Assembly (NCBI GenBank): GCA_030390025.1
Contig: JASTWF010000031.1
Span: 1,550,001 to 1,614,000 of the forward strand
Reading direction: 5' to 3'
Source: Squalus acanthias
Taxonomy: Eukaryota
Length of the DNA: 64,000 nucleotides
Below the pieces are notes generated by a model, which did not search any database, was not told the DNA's origin, and worked only from the letters and a program-made list of their open reading frames with translations. Each line of letters begins with the position of its first letter. Position 1 is the stretch's first letter. The translations under genes and the position numbers were made by a program. Shown piece after piece: positions 38,328 through 50,653 of the stretch.

Positions 38328-38977
38328 TCTAAAATATTCAATTTGAAAGCCACAGCATTAAAAGCTGCACAATATTTACACAATGTTTGAGAGAGATTGA
38401 CTGAAAATCCTATCATTTACAAAAATTAAGAGAATGCCATGGAATGTTCCTGGAAATAAAAGTTTAAAAATCTCTCTTTTAGATAGCTCTAGAGAAACTG
38501 CATTGTACAATTGGCACCAAACAAGTATTAAATGAAATATGCTGTGCACAATTAATTCTTAATGGTTTGCTATATGTGGAATCTCTAGTAAATTTGCTGT
38601 ATAAATGCAGCCCTGAATTACTTTACAAAAGCCATGGACTGATGATGTATTTTAAAAACTATTTTTCTTGTATATTTTGTGTTTTCAAAATTATTAGATG
38701 ATAAAACTCAGCTTAATTTAAATCAAACGATAAGTTAAAAGGTATCTAGTTACTATTTTAATATATATATGCAGTGCTATTTTAGCAGGACACTGCCTAT
38801 GTACAAAAGTGTTTGGAAAATATTTTAGTTCCAATATTTTTGGACATATCATCATGTTTAAGGGACAGATGGTGCATTTGACGCAAGTTATGTCATTGTA
38901 CTGTGGTTTACCAAGTATTTTTCCTTCAATCGAGTGTCCTTTTTTTCTTTTAAACTTTTAATTATTGGATGTTTCAG

Positions 38978-39121
38978 GAATTCATGAAGAAAGTGGAGGA
39001 GAAGCGTGTAGATGTAAATAAAGCAGCTGGAATGGGAGAGGCCATACTGGCAGTGTGCCACCCAGACTGTGTCACCACTGTCAAACACTGGATCACGATT
39101 ATCCGAGCCCGCTTCGAAGAA
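38978..39121 (+). CDS. MACF1: MACF1 exon 24: [10 protein letters not shown]...ARFEE
   Basis: ttcag|GAA ... GAA|gtaagt; 144 nt. Confidence 0.93.
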
Positions 39122-39204
39122 GTAAGTGGGAGAGGGAATGAAGCAGATGATGAGATCAGAGTAGTAGGGAAAAAAAATTACATAAAATGGGATTAAGACA
39201 CTTA

Positions 39205-39824
39205 GGAGGAAAAATTCGGTCGTGCCCCAAGTTAGCGCCCCCGTGCAGTAAATTAAGTGGTAGCGCCCCAAGCAGGACCGTCCCTCCTGGGGCGCTACCA
39301 TTCAATATCGCGGCGCTATGTGCAACAGCGTCACGCGCGTCAGCACGTAGCGCCGCCGTATTACAGGCCTCCCTCCCCTGATTAAAGGGGAGGGGCCTAG
39401 CACAGCGCGCACCGGGGTCCTGCTGGACCACAGGGGAGCGGGGTTCCGGGAAAAGAGCCCAGCACTCGAGGTGCGGCACCCCGCATTAGGAGGCGAAAGA
39501 GCTGGCAAGCGGCACAAAAAAATGGCCGCGCAGCGCCTGCCCTTTAATTAGCGCCGCGGCGGCAACAAAAACGCCACCCTGACCCTGTCGGACATATCGT
39601 CCGGTGGTAGGACGGGGGCGCAACTGAAGTTTGCGGCCGGGGTGCTGCGAATGGTGATGACGTCATCGCCAGAGGCGCAGCACCACGGGGCGCTACTGGC
39701 TACCGCTGCCGCTAACCTCCCGCTGAATTTCGCGAGAAGCGTTAGTGGCGCTAGGGCCTTTGCGCCCCGTTATCGCTCGCCCGGGGCGCTAACGGGAGGC
39801 GCAAAGCAACCCAATTTTTCTCCC
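39205..39824. mobile_element. PIF/Harbinger-like CpG-rich MITE (same family as 31179-31916)
   Basis: TTA|GGAGGAAAAATTCGGT ... ACCCAATTTTTCTCCC|TTA; shares the gcgccccgttatc...taacgggaggcgc 3' arm. Confidence 0.82.
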
Positions 39825-41433
39825 TTAATCTCAAATGGTTTATTAGTTACATTGCTACATCTACATGTTTAAATTCTAGACCGGCATTTTTTTTTTCCTA
39901 ATATTACTGCCAGAGGATGAAGTTATTAGTCTTGAACAACTGTCTGGGAGTAGAGTCTCTTGCTGCTCGTGCATCATTGATGGATTTCATGGACACATCC
40001 GTGTGCTGGATTAATCTAAAGATGATGATTTGGAATTCTAGAGTAAACTGGGAAAGAAGGTGGGGCAAAATTACACAAAGGATGAATCCAAGTGAAGTAG
40101 AAGATTGCATCTCACTGTAGGATTTAATATCCGGTTTTGTTTTTTAATGGAACACGAGAGCCTATCTCTGCTCGTCTGTCTTTCTTTCCAGCAGCTCAGT
40201 CACAGTTGACATGAACCCACAGCTGGGAGTAGAGAATGAATAGTCTGCAACCCCAATTTTCCAAGTCCAGCGAAAAAGGCACCTGAGCTGGCCAGTAGCT
40301 CAAGGGGTGGACTGTGCTGAGTTCTCAAATGGGAGTCCCTTCCCCTAATTTGGATAGGCTACTGGCAAGTGAATAGTTTGCTTGTAGAGCATGACTGGGA
40401 AGTGGAAACGCTGGTGATGCATCAGCTCTTGAGGAGCGACAGCACACCATTACAAAGTTGTAGTGGTTACAGAAAATTTGACTTCAGGACTGCCAGGTGC
40501 CCAGTTTATATGAGTAAATGTGTATGCTGTGTTGGGCAGAGACTCACCCAAAGTCAGAACATTTCACATGCAATCTCAACTTTATTATTGAAATGAGGCC
40601 CATGCATGCCAGGTGTGTAGCCTCATTTACGGTCCCCAAATTGCCCATCAGAAAACTGGGTGACCTGCAAATCGGTCAAGCAACCACTTTTGTCCAGCAA
40701 GGCCCCTTGCTGCTGGCAGAGCCTCAGAAAATAAGCTCATGTCTCAGCTGCATTTTATCCCAAACTGTACACTGATTAGCCAAGAAGCTGAAGGTTTAGG
40801 TTACAATTCACAGTCTCTGCTAATGAAGTGTGTGATCTGTAGCCCAGCTGAGAAGCAGTAAAACTCATTGCAAAGATGTCATAGCTTTGAAAGTTACCTC
40901 CTCTAGGTTAAATGCATGACAAGTGAGATTATAGGACAAGGGAACTTTACTGTTATGCTATTGTGTTATTTTTTTCCCCTTCTAATTGAATGGTGCAATA
41001 GGCTCAAGGGGCTGAATGACCAACTCCTGTTCCTATGTTCCTTTCCCTTTTCACAGTTTATTACTCCATTGTGTATTATAACAGCTCCTCTGTTCCAAGT
41101 CTCCTGGACATTTACCCCTAGTATTTAACCTAATGGTTGATCCTGTTTTATAAGATATAACCTTACAGTTAATTCTGTGTTATAAGGTATTCATTATATC
41201 ACAGGTAATAATTAACATGAAATGTCTTTTCTGTTCCATGTAATTGTTTATATCACTGAGAGCAGACTGCATTGTGAGGGAGAACAAAAGGTTCGCAGTG
41301 ACACTTGCATAAGTTGCACATCTGTTCAGTATATATTTAAAATGAACAGCTACACCTAATTATGTTCATTTTTATTTCATCATTTTATGCCACCCAATGT
41401 ATAGTTCAGTGGTACAGCTAGGAATAAAAAATT

Positions 41434-41834
41434 AGGCCCCAACTTATGATGGGCGGGCCCGAGTGGGACTAGGGCAGCTCAGCTTGTAGTTTCAGCTCGT
41501 CCCTCTGCTTCTTGGTCCTGTCGAGCAACGAGATGGATTCAGCAGGGTGAGTGGCTGTAGAGATGGTGTTAAAGAGGGGGCAGATCTCACTGCCTGTCAC
41601 CTACTGTATTGAATCCGAGCAGGGCCATCTGGTCAGAGCCGAAGATCCAAACCGTTCTGTCGGCAAAATCGACAGAAATGAGGAGCTAGACATATCCCAA
41701 GGACAGGCAGGGCTGGGGTCGGAGAGATGGCAGGAGTCCACCCCTTCATCTTGAACAACAGGGAACCCCATCTAGGCATTCACACAGGCTCAGATTTAGG
41801 TGGGCCTAGGTGCTAATTGGGTGGATTGTGGCCC
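41434..41834. mobile_element. Older Harbinger-like MITE
   Basis: ATT|AGGCCCCAACT ... GATTGTGGCCC|ATT; GC-elevated interior. Confidence 0.4.
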
Positions 41835-42312
41835 ATTGAGGATCACCTGTGACTACGTTCCTAATATGTTTAAATAGAATAGATGATATGCAGTTTATAG
41901 TCTAGATTCTATTCCTGAGTTATCTGGTCACCCCATAAGCATATAAATCACTGCTATGGTTCCTCATTGTGTATCCTGTCTTTAAAAGTTGTCTTGTATA
42001 AAGAGGAAATAATGCTTGGATTTCTGGATTGCAGTTCCACCTCATAGTTAGACTTGATAGCAGCACTCATTTAAGCATTTTAAATGCTGTACAGAGTGTT
42101 CTTACAGCTTCTCGGGCTCCATATATGTGTTTAATGATACAATATTTGGCAAAGATATTGTCTAGAAATTTCAAGTGTTCCATTTTCTAAAAGGGATCTT
42201 TGGCAAGCAGCTGACCTCTTCAAAAGCAAAATTTTCTACCTGTAAATCTTTACGCTAGTCACTGAGCAAAAAAAAAAAAATTTCTAGTTCTCTTTTTGTC
42301 ATTTACATCTAG

Positions 42313-42501
42313 GTATTGACCTGGGCAAAACAGCACCAGCAACGGTTGGCAACTGCACTGTCAGAGTTGGTCACCAATGCTGAATTGTTGGATGAGTTGT
42401 TGGCCTGGTTACAGTGGGCTGAAACTACACTAGTACAGAGGGATCAAGAGTCTATGCCAAAGGACATTGAGCAGGTCAAAACACTCATCGCAGAGCACCA
42501 G
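42313..42501 (+). CDS. MACF1: MACF1 exon 25: [10 protein letters not shown]...IAEHQ
   Basis: tctag|GTA ... CAG|gtacac; 189 nt. Confidence 0.93.
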
Positions 42502-42868
42502 GTACACACAAAGCTTATGCTTCGGGCAAGCAACAAATATATTGACAAAATTGTTTCTTAACCTCTTTGTTGTAAAGCAATTTTATTGGCTGGTACATTT
42601 CTAGCTCAGCTATCAATTTTTCAGAATTTGAACTTTGTGTCTGTTTTCTGTGATCCACAATTAATTAAATGCTGTGCTCCATGATATAAACGTATTGACT
42701 AGAACCAGCTGAACTAATACAGTGCCTGAGACGAGCTAGTTAACTTAGTGCACAGAAATCTAACATTACCTGTTTAAAAAATTGTTCCTGGGTTATGGCC
42801 AACACTGACAAAGCAGCATTTATTGCCCATCCCTAGTAGCCTTGAGGGCTTTAAGAGTTAATCACATA

Positions 42869-43604
42869 GGGCTGGATTTTCAATGACCCGTGGAGTCAGG
42901 TTTGGAGGCGTGTGGGGGGTTAAAGATGCAGATTCGGGGGTCCCGACCCCATCCCGCCTCCACGCAATTTTGATAAAATCGTGTGCGGTGTTCCTGACTC
43001 CATCCCGCCTCCAAGAGGCGGGAGAGGCCATTAAAGCCCTTAACAAGCCCTAAATTGGCTCTGTAATGCCATTTTGAAACGTTTTAGCTAGTTTAACCCT
43101 TTTCTGACGTGAAGCACGCCTGATGTGAAACACGGCAGTGAAACCTGGCGGGAGCACAAGTGGATAGCTGACTATCAGCTGCAGGTCCACTATTACAACA
43201 GAGATGTGATGAAGGTAGTATTAGGTCTGAAAGTCGCCTCTGATGCTGCTGCATTGAATGTCTTCAGAGACTGCTGGGGCCTTTGGAGGACCTGGATGGA
43301 AAAAAAATCTCTCTCTCTCTCTCTCTGCTGAGGTGCTGCTCATTTTGCATCCAGGACCTCTCACAGCAAAGGCCAGGCAATCTCTGAGACCAGACCAGGC
43401 AGTCTCTGACCTACAATGATGACATCATCAGAGGCGACTTTCAGACTGAAATCACTAATTGGTTCATGGGTTCCCACATGCTGGAACTCAATTGCCCAAT
43501 TAAGTGAAAATTGCATCAATCTCCCACATCCAATTTCAGGCGGGTGGATAACACGAAATGCGGATGACACGACCCCAACCCGACCCCAAGACAAAATCCA
43601 GCCC
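42869..43604. mobile_element. PIF/Harbinger-like MITE with perfect TIRs
   Basis: ATA|GGGCTGGATTTT ... AAAATCCAGCCC|ATA; inserted inside an older repeat (~42790-43810). Confidence 0.85.
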
Positions 43605-44022
43605 ATAGTGTGGGACTGGAATCGAGTATAGACCAGACTCAGTAGGGGATGGCAGGTTCTTTTTCCTGGAGGACATTAGTGAGCCAGTTTAGCTTCAGTG
43701 ACAAAAAGGCAGCTTTTATGGTCATTTTCTGGTGCCAGTCCATAAATTATTACATTTATTGAATTCAATTTCATGACAAGCCATGGTAGGATTTGAGCTC
43801 ACGACCTCTGTCTAGTACCGAAACACACATGATTATCAGATACTGATTTTTCAATGATGTCTTGGAAAGGTAAGTGCTATATTTTCCCATTCGCTGAATG
43901 GAATCACCTACTGTTGATGATATTTTCATTAAACATACTGCTTAGACTAAATAAAAGCATCAAGTATTTTCAACTATTGTTGACTTCACTTTCCTGTTTA
44001 ATTTTTATCTTTTTTTCCTCAG

Positions 44023-44119
44023 TCTTTCATGGAAGAAATGACACGGAAACAGCCAGATGTGGATAAAGTAACAAAAACATACAAGCGGAAAGCAGTAGAA
44101 CCATCCCACATGCGAGGAA
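44023..44119 (+). CDS. MACF1: MACF1 exon 26: [15 protein letters not shown]...SHMRG
   Basis: ctcag|TCT ... GGAA|gtaagc; 97 nt, phase 0 to 1. Confidence 0.9.
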
Positions 44120-44590
44120 GTAAGCCTCCTTCATTCAATGGAAGGGTAATAGGGTACAGATCAAACATACAGGAAAAGTTCCCCAAAAACTATAATTAGG
44201 GATTTGGTCACAATTTACAAAATGAATAGGTGCAATGTTTGATGAATAACTACTGAGTGCTGAATGATGTCTTATCTACAGTATGGTCAGGAATGAAAAA
44301 GTGATCTTTAGACTGCTTTGCCATTTTTACTTTAAGAATTCTTTTCAGTATATCCTCTTGATTTGTAAAGAAGCGTTTAAGCGTGCTATGATTATTTTAC
44401 ATAAAGTGACAATTTTTTTCACAAACATCAGCTAAATTGGTACACATTTTTATTAAACTTGTAACTTAGAAGTGCCACAACCTCTTTATTTATTACTATT
44501 TAGAGGCATTAAAACCATTTAGATTCTATGAATATTCTGACTGTTAAAATAGTAATCAGCATTGATGATCTTTTTCTTTCTTTGTTGTAG

Positions 44591-44760
44591 GGAAACCTCT
44601 AAATCAAATGACTAATCCGCCTGCACCCACCGCTGTCGCACCACAGACTGAAACAAAGAACCCCCGGATTAATCTGCTTTCTGGCAGGTGGCAACAGGTC
44701 TGGTTACTGGCACTGGAGAGACAGCGCAAGCTACACGACTGTCTGGACCGGTTGGAGGAA
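44591..44760 (+). CDS. MACF1: MACF1 exon 27: (R)KPLNQMTN...LDRLEE, end of last spectrin repeat
   Basis: tgtag|GG ... GAA|gtaagg; 170 nt. Confidence 0.92.
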
Positions 44761-44812
44761 GTAAGGGCTATAATTTGCAAAAGCACATTATATTGTATTG
44801 TATTGCCTATGG

Positions 44813-45390
44813 ATCATAGAATCTTACAGTACAGAAAGAGGCCATTCGGCCCATCGTGCCTGTGCCAGCTCTTTGAAAGAGTTATCCAATTAGTCCCACT
44901 CTTTCCTGATAGCCCAGAAAATGTTTCCTTTTCAAGTATATATCCAAGTCCCTTTTGAAAGGTACTGTTGAATCTGCTTCCATCACCCTTTTAGGCAGTG
45001 CATTCCAGATCACAACTTGCTGCGTAAAAAAAAAAAAAATTCCCCTCATCTCCCCTTTGGTCCTTTTTGACGATTATTTTAAATCTATGTCCTCTCGTTA
45101 CTGACCCAGTGGAAACATTTTCTGCTTATCCCTCGTAATTTTGAACACCTCTATTAAATCTCCGTTTAACCTACTCTGCTCCAGGGGGAACAATCCCAGC
45201 CTCTCTAGTCTCTCCACGTAACTGAAATCCCTCATCATTCTGGTAAATCTCTTCTCCACCCTGTGTTGCCCGGAATTAGACACAGTGCTCTAACTGAGGC
45301 CTAACCAGTGATTTATAAGGATTTAGCATAACTGACTTGTTTTTGTACTCTACGCCTCTATTTATAAAGCCAAAGATTCCATAACAGTCT
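44813..45390 (-). mobile_element. CR1 LINE 3' fragment
   Basis: Minus ORF SYVERLERLGLFPLEQSRLNGDLIEVFKI; tail acagaaagaggccattcggccc. Confidence 0.85.
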
Positions 45391-45509
45391 TTATTGAAAA
45401 CTTTTATTTTAAAAAATGTCTGTTTAATAGCGCTGTGTAATGCGCACAGCCTAATTTGGCCCTGAATTATTTTTTCAGTTTTCCAATGAAAACTTTCTTC
45501 CAATTTCAG

Positions 45510-45672
45510 TTGAAAGAATTTGCCAACTTTGACTTTGATGTGTGGCGGAAGAAATACATGCGATGGATGAACCACAAGAAGTCCCGAGTAATGGACTTCT
45601 TCCGGCGTATTGATAAGGATCAAGATGGAAAGATCACACGACAGGAGTTCATTGATGGAATCCTGTCCTCAA
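45510..45672 (+). CDS. MACF1: MACF1 exon 28: [10 protein letters not shown]...ILSS, EF-hand 1 ([12 protein letters not shown])
   Basis: ttcag|TTG ... TCAA|gtaatt; canonical EF-hand loop. Confidence 0.95.
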
Positions 45673-46396
45673 GTAATTGGAATGGTTTTCTGCAGTTTAT
45701 TCTTTAAATTATAAAATGTTCTTCTGGATTAAAAGATACTTTTGGTTTTTTTTTGCCTTACTTGGGACTGAATGCTACAATTGTTTTACATCGAAGCTTA
45801 CAAGAGATGAGCTAATTTAAAAAAAGTATAATTTCTTCAAAAGTATCTCCATCCATGGCAGGATCTTGACTGAGCAGATTAGTGCTCCTGCATGCTTTGG
45901 TTTGGGATAGTAGGTTGCAGCTTCACTCTCGGAATTGACCATGTGGCAATTTGCAGATCTTGATTTTTGGTGGCTGGGACTCGGCCCGAAGGCTAAGTGA
46001 TTACAGGATGATAAAGAAAATCTAATGAATGTTCCCCCACTCCCCTCCCTAACTGCACTCAAACATCTCCCAACAGTTGGCATGAGCAGAATGCCTGTCC
46101 CTTGTTTAGAGAATAATTATTGATGATGGTGAGGAAAGTAACTAATGTCACTGCTTGCACTGCATCACCCACCACTTGCTCTATTTTTCTAAAATCATAT
46201 TCTTCAGTACTGTAACATTCACTATTACAGTCACGGGAAAAATACATTGCCTCTAATTGTCCATTATCCAAACCCAATTTTTTGTCTCTGGAGCAGATTC
46301 GCTATTCCAGCAGACTGTGTCATCAAACTATCTTGAAAACTAGTGAAAATAATATTAAAATGATCTGACTTTATGTTCTATTGTTTCACATTTTAG

Positions 46397-46551
46397 AGTT
46401 TCCCACCAGTAAACTGGAAATGACTGCCGTAGCTGACATCTTCGACCGGGATGGAGATGGTTACATTGATTATTACGAATTTGTGGCGGCACTTCATCCA
46501 AATAAAGATGCCTACCGGCCTGTTACTGATGCTGACAAAATTGAGGATGAG
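46397..46551 (+). CDS. MACF1: MACF1 exon 29: (K)FPTSKLEM...KIEDE, EF-hand 2 ([12 protein letters not shown])
   Basis: tttag|AG ... GAG|gtatac; canonical EF-hand loop. Confidence 0.95.
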
Positions 46552-46636
46552 GTATACAATTCACTGCTTTTACTTCAGTGTAGCTGATGTACAAGTCCTG
46601 TATTTGGGTTAAATACAAAAAGCAAGAAAATATTGA

Positions 46637-47460
46637 CATAGGATTACATAGGATATACAGCACAAAAACAGGCCATTCAGCCCAACCAGTCCATGCCGAC
46701 GTTTATACTCCACTTGAGCCTCCTTCCGTCTTTCCTCATCTAACTCTATCAGCATAACCTCTATTCCCTTCTCCTTCATATGCTTATCTAGCTTCCCCTT
46801 AAATGCATCTATACTATTTGCTTCAACCACTCTCTGTGGTAGCGAGTTCCACATTCTCGCCACTCTCTGGGTAAAGAAGTTTCTTCTGAATTCCATATTT
46901 GATTTCTTGGTGACTATCTTATATTGATGGCCTCTAGTTTTGCTCTTCCCCACAAGTGGAAACACTCTCTCTGTGTCTACTCTGTCAAAATCTTTCATAA
47001 TTTTAAAGACCTGTATTTGGTCACCCCTCAGCCTTTTCTTGTCAAGAGAAAAGAGACCCAGCCTCTTCCTCCTTTCCTGATAGGTGCAACCTCACATTTC
47101 TGGTATCATCCTTGTAAATCTTTTTTGCACCTTTCCCCAGTTTCTCTATATTCTTTTTATAATATGGGGACAAGAATTGTACACAGTACTCCCAAGTGTG
47201 GTTTAACCAAGGTTCGATACAAGTTTAGCATAACTTCCCTACTTTTCAATTCTATCCCTCTAGAAGTAAACCCTAGTGCTTGTTTTTTTTTTTATAGCCT
47301 TATACCTGCATCACTACTTTTAGTGATTTGTGTATTTGTACTCTGAGATCCCTTTGCTCTTCTACCCCATTTAGATTCTTATTTTCCAAGTAATATGTGA
47401 CCTGCTCATTTTTCTTACCAAAATGTAATACCTCACATTTATCTGTGTTGAAATTCATTT
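46637..47460 (-). mobile_element. CR1 LINE 3' fragment
   Basis: Minus ORF 46609..46998 TRGHQYKI..RRNFFTQRVARMWNSLP. Confidence 0.88.
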
Positions 47461-47947
47461 AAAACTAGAAAAGAGAAATAATTCATTGAGATACAGCAGA
47501 AGTTCTTCTGCACTGCATTGGGGGTTTAAGAAGAGCAATAGTTACGCACATATGAAAAAGGACAGGAAAATATCAATTGGTCCATCAAACCCGTGCCATC
47601 CAGACATGGTACAACTTAGGTATTTCATCAACCGCCCCCCTCCCCCCATCTCTTGCCCCCAAAGGCAATCAACCAAGCTCCAGGAGGCGATGGTAACTCA
47701 TATCCAAACTACTTACATATGCTGGAACTGCCTTTCATGACCCATTCTTTTAAAATGATAATCCTTAAAAATGCCATAGCATGCTTACAAGATAAGGCAT
47801 TTTAAGCATTTCAGATAGTAAAGAAAATTAGGTAGCTACATTCTTGAGCTCTCGCACCCTGCTAATGTGTAATGTAAAACCATTTTTTTGTAGGTAGCGC
47901 ACTTTGAATATTTTTAGTTTCTAATTTTTAAAATATGTGTTTTGTAG

Positions 47948-48022
47948 GTGACGAGGCAAGTAGCACAGTGTAAATGTGCAAAACGATTTCAGGTGGAGCA
48001 GATTGGAGAAAACAAGTACAGA
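47948..48022 (+). CDS. MACF1: MACF1 exon 30: [28 protein letters not shown] domain N-half
   Basis: tgtag|GTG ... AGA|gtaagt; 75 nt. Confidence 0.95.
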
Positions 48023-49494
48023 GTAAGTTCATTTATTTCAAAGTTTAAAGAGAAAAGTTAATGTTTTTGTATGTTTTACATCAAAAATATTTATTTCTAT
48101 CTTCTGTTTTATAAAGCATAAATGTTCATAAAAAGAAATATTAAAATAGCAATTCTTTGTTACACTTGACCTTTTTTTGCATGAATCTTTCAGAGGAAGT
48201 AAAATGTGTAATCTAAATTTTCGAAGTTTATATTTTAAATGGGCTAGTGTTAATGGTGGGCCATTGCCAATTGTTTGAAACTTGGGATCAAGGACTCAAA
48301 TATGTTTCCTAAAAGTGAATGATGTTATAAATGTGTGGTGCACATTCTGTGTATTCCCGAAAGTATCCTGTCTGCAGCAAATGCGCACGTTTAAGGTGTA
48401 GACGATAAACAGATGTGTTCCAAGGCAGAACAAACATGATCAACAAACCTCATAAGGCTTTAAAATCTCTTGCTGACTGTTTGGCTCCATACGATTGAAT
48501 AATTCTCATCATCTCTGCTGCTTGTCATTATTAAGTCGAGCATAGAGAATTATTTTTTTTTCCAAACAGGATTTAGAAGTGTTCAGTTTAAATATAACTG
48601 CTGTTAATTTAAATTAATAATGAGATAATCAATCCGAGTTACAAGTTGGAGTATTTTGCTGAATAAAGATGACTCATTGGCAGCTAAGCTAGTATCTCCT
48701 ATAGTGTGCACCAGTTTTGAAAACCTCTGAAGCCTTCTCAGCGCAAAATTATTCCTTTATCTGAAGAAACATCTGAGGTATCAAAAATGAACTTATGCTG
48801 CAGATAGGTTTTTGTTGGACAAAGTTACTGTCTTTATGATCTCTATGAAGGTGTTTTTTGATGAAATATTTATTGATTTAATATGTATATTAAATAATTC
48901 TTCACTTGATGTAACTATCCCAATGAGCTGTAGCAAATAATTACCTAAATTATTGAAGATAAACTGATGCTGGGAGTGTGTCACACGCTGTGGGCGATCA
49001 CAGTTTAGGAGTTTGTGAATATCATCCAACCGTCTAGACTATGCCACACCTTGAACACAATCGCTCGTATTTTTTATAATTACACTTTCTTTTGCAGTTT
49101 AAGAACTTTCCTGTTTCATTTTGCCATTGGAGTTTGTATAGTCCATTGTCTTCCATCAATGTTTCGTGTTGATCATAATTCTGGCTGTTGAAATTTGGTG
49201 TGCAATTTCACATCCCCCAACCAAGGGAGAAGGATTTTATAAGATTGCAGCTTTAATCATGAGATGCTGTAAAATTAGTAATCTAATTGTGTAACCGAAA
49301 ACATTTTACTGAAAAGTACAACATTATTAGTTTATAATACTGCTACTTATTATTAGAAAACTATTCTATTTATATCATCAAGTTTATTACTTCAACAACG
49401 TTGTGCTGAATGTAAATCTGAGAGGCCAATTAACAGTGAAGAGTAAACCCACTAACCCAGCTATTCTGACATAAACGGCAGTATTTTCTTCTAG

Positions 49495-49870
49495 ATAATT
49501 TTCTCCACTCCTTCCCTCCCCACCTGAAGTGTTGACTCCTTGGATATGGTTCCACTGGCACTGGTTGCCCTCCAGAACCTATCATAGTGGCTATTATTCA
49601 TGTGTGAGTCTTGACCGTGAGTGCTGGCAGACTATTCCACTACAGGATGGCATCACAGCTGTGCCCCAACCTGTCGGCCACGCGGATGTTTTACTCTCTT
49701 CCGGCAGGGGTCAGTGGATAGCAATAAGGAGCAGGAAACTGGGCCACTTTCCCTCCATAAAACACAGGTGCTGAGGCCAGTGGCCCCCTCCCCTACCACT
49801 GCTCCAGCTGTAATCAGCACAAACTGGGTATCGTACCTGAGACTTGTATTATACTTATGGCTGAGCTGGT
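49495..49870 (-). mobile_element. Old SINE-like repeat
   Basis: Homologous to 17065-17400 (inverted) and to 29535-29650 plus 32655-32935. Confidence 0.5.
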
Positions 49871-50293
49871 TCAGAGTTTCCTTATCCTTTATCAGAAGTG
49901 ACATATTTTGGTAAACTTTTTGAACTTTCATCGTAATCCTTTTGGCTTTTCTGTTAAACCATCTCCAATAGCAGATACAGCAAGGATACTTGTTAGTGGA
50001 AAAACCATTACAGAAATTGCAGCCAGCAAGAAGAAATCTACACTGGATCATTTACAGTCCTATAGATGTTACTAAAGTAGCCTTTCTATGGTGAACAGAC
50101 CTTAGTAGATTTTGTTGACTTTGATATCTTCTAGCAGTACCATCTTTACAGCATGGGAAGCTTGACTAGCCAGCATGCTGTGAAGCTAGTAATTCTAAAA
50201 GATGCTGAAAATTCAGTAATATTCATTAGCTAAGATTTCTTTATCATGGAGGAGATTAGCAACGTCTACAGGATTTGTTAGTTGGTTGTTTAA

Positions 50294-50653
50294 GGGTGCA
50301 TTTACACTGCAAAGTGGAAATATAAAGCTAAACCAGGAGTGTAAATCCAGAGTGAGAGACTCCCCTAATTCCAGAGTGAAGCCAATTCCCTGGAGAGGCA
50401 GTGTCAAACCAGGTTTTCAAAGTGCTTAAGGATGTATTAGATTCCCCTGAACACTTTTCAAACTATCTGCTCTTAATTTAAAGAGCAGGAAATCTCCCAT
50501 TTCTGCTCTCTAACCATTTCAATTTCTAACTTTTGAGAGACAGCTCTGTGCCTGCTTGTTCATGTTAAAGTTGCAGCCAGGCAGGACATGAGCAATATGA
50601 ACAGGGATCTGCCTGACTGGACTCAGATCAGCAGCTGCAGTGTAAATGCACCC
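50294..50653. mobile_element. Harbinger-type non-autonomous DNA transposon, 360 bp
   Basis: TAA|GGGTGCATTTACACTGCA ... TGCAGTGTAAATGCACCC|TGA; perfect 18-bp TIR. Confidence 0.82.

Noticed and set aside
45431-45436. Possible 6-nt microexon (aatag|CGCTGT|gtaatg)
   Set aside because: Poor pyrimidine tract, weak donor, adjacent to a CR1 end, and no homology support
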